From positions 17,730-81,729 of the IMG/VR virus record IMGVR_UViG_3300028392_000054: a stretch of DNA of 64,000 nucleotides; one strand, 5' to 3'. The translations under genes were made by a program, and so were the position numbers. Below, one piece after another: positions 63,808-64,000 of the stretch (position 1 is the stretch's first letter; the number at the start of each line of letters is the position of its first letter). The DNA comes from a virus. Below the pieces are notes generated by a model. That model saw only the letters and a list, made by a program, of their open reading frames with translations, was not told the origin of the DNA and did no database searches.

Positions 63808-64000
63808 TATTTATTCCTATCTGGGTTAACGCCAATAATTAAGTCCATAGACTCACCGTTACGGGCTCTTCTTATAGCCCCGCCTTTAACTTGAATTGTG
63901 GCATCGTGTCTTTGAGCGTTATTCTTTGCTGCTTTATAGCGTCTATCTGCCTCGTTAACAGTTAATCCGGTATCTACAGCATTTCGCACTTTTCCTTCTA
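63807..64000 (-). CDS. hypothetical protein, probably truncated at window edge
   Basis: frame open to the edge; resembles 63329..63655. Confidence 0.55.
   Translation of the reverse strand, partial: EGKVRNAVDTGLTVNEADRRYKAAKNNAQRHDATIQVKGGAIRRARNGESMDLIIGVNPDRNK

Overview
A 64-kb segment of a tailed dsDNA phage with a contractile (myovirus-type) tail. A WhiB gene, apparent leaderless genes and moderate-to-low GC by eye suggest an actinobacterial host, possibly a freshwater low-GC lineage (inference). Almost all genes are on the minus strand. Reading from 64 kb down: small genes and an HNH nuclease; a 794-aa Thr/Ala-rich virion protein; terminase, portal, scaffold and major capsid; neck proteins; a cluster of small Lys-rich ORFs; sheath, tube, tail chaperone, tape measure, baseplate and tail proteins; a replication module (initiator, DnaC-like loader, DnaB, primase, SNF2 helicase). 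Next is a plus-strand cell-envelope/lysis island at 15.2-18.3 kb, then an NlpC/P60 lipoprotein, tRNA-Thr, Hsp20, tRNA-Trp, a Dam-like methylase, SSB, PolA, RecA, two resolvase-like nucleases, WhiB, a Cas4-like nuclease, SpoVS and a metallophosphoesterase. I saw no integrase, CRISPR array or reverse transcriptase. The main unexplained signals are: (1) a -1 frameshift cassette (T TTA AAA, stop, hairpin) that would add a hydrophobic C-terminal tail to a secreted PA14/coiled-coil protein; (2) a +1 frameshift (TTT CGT C) in the tail chaperone; (3) a recurring non-canonical promoter architecture (RTTYR 30-31 nt before an NANNNT -10 box), possibly read through the phage WhiB; (4) structured RNA leaders, including a thermometer-like hsp20 leader and a candidate anti-SD sRNA before terL; (5) small beta-rich modules spread across six virion proteins. 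All calls come from motif recognition by eye; no searches were run.
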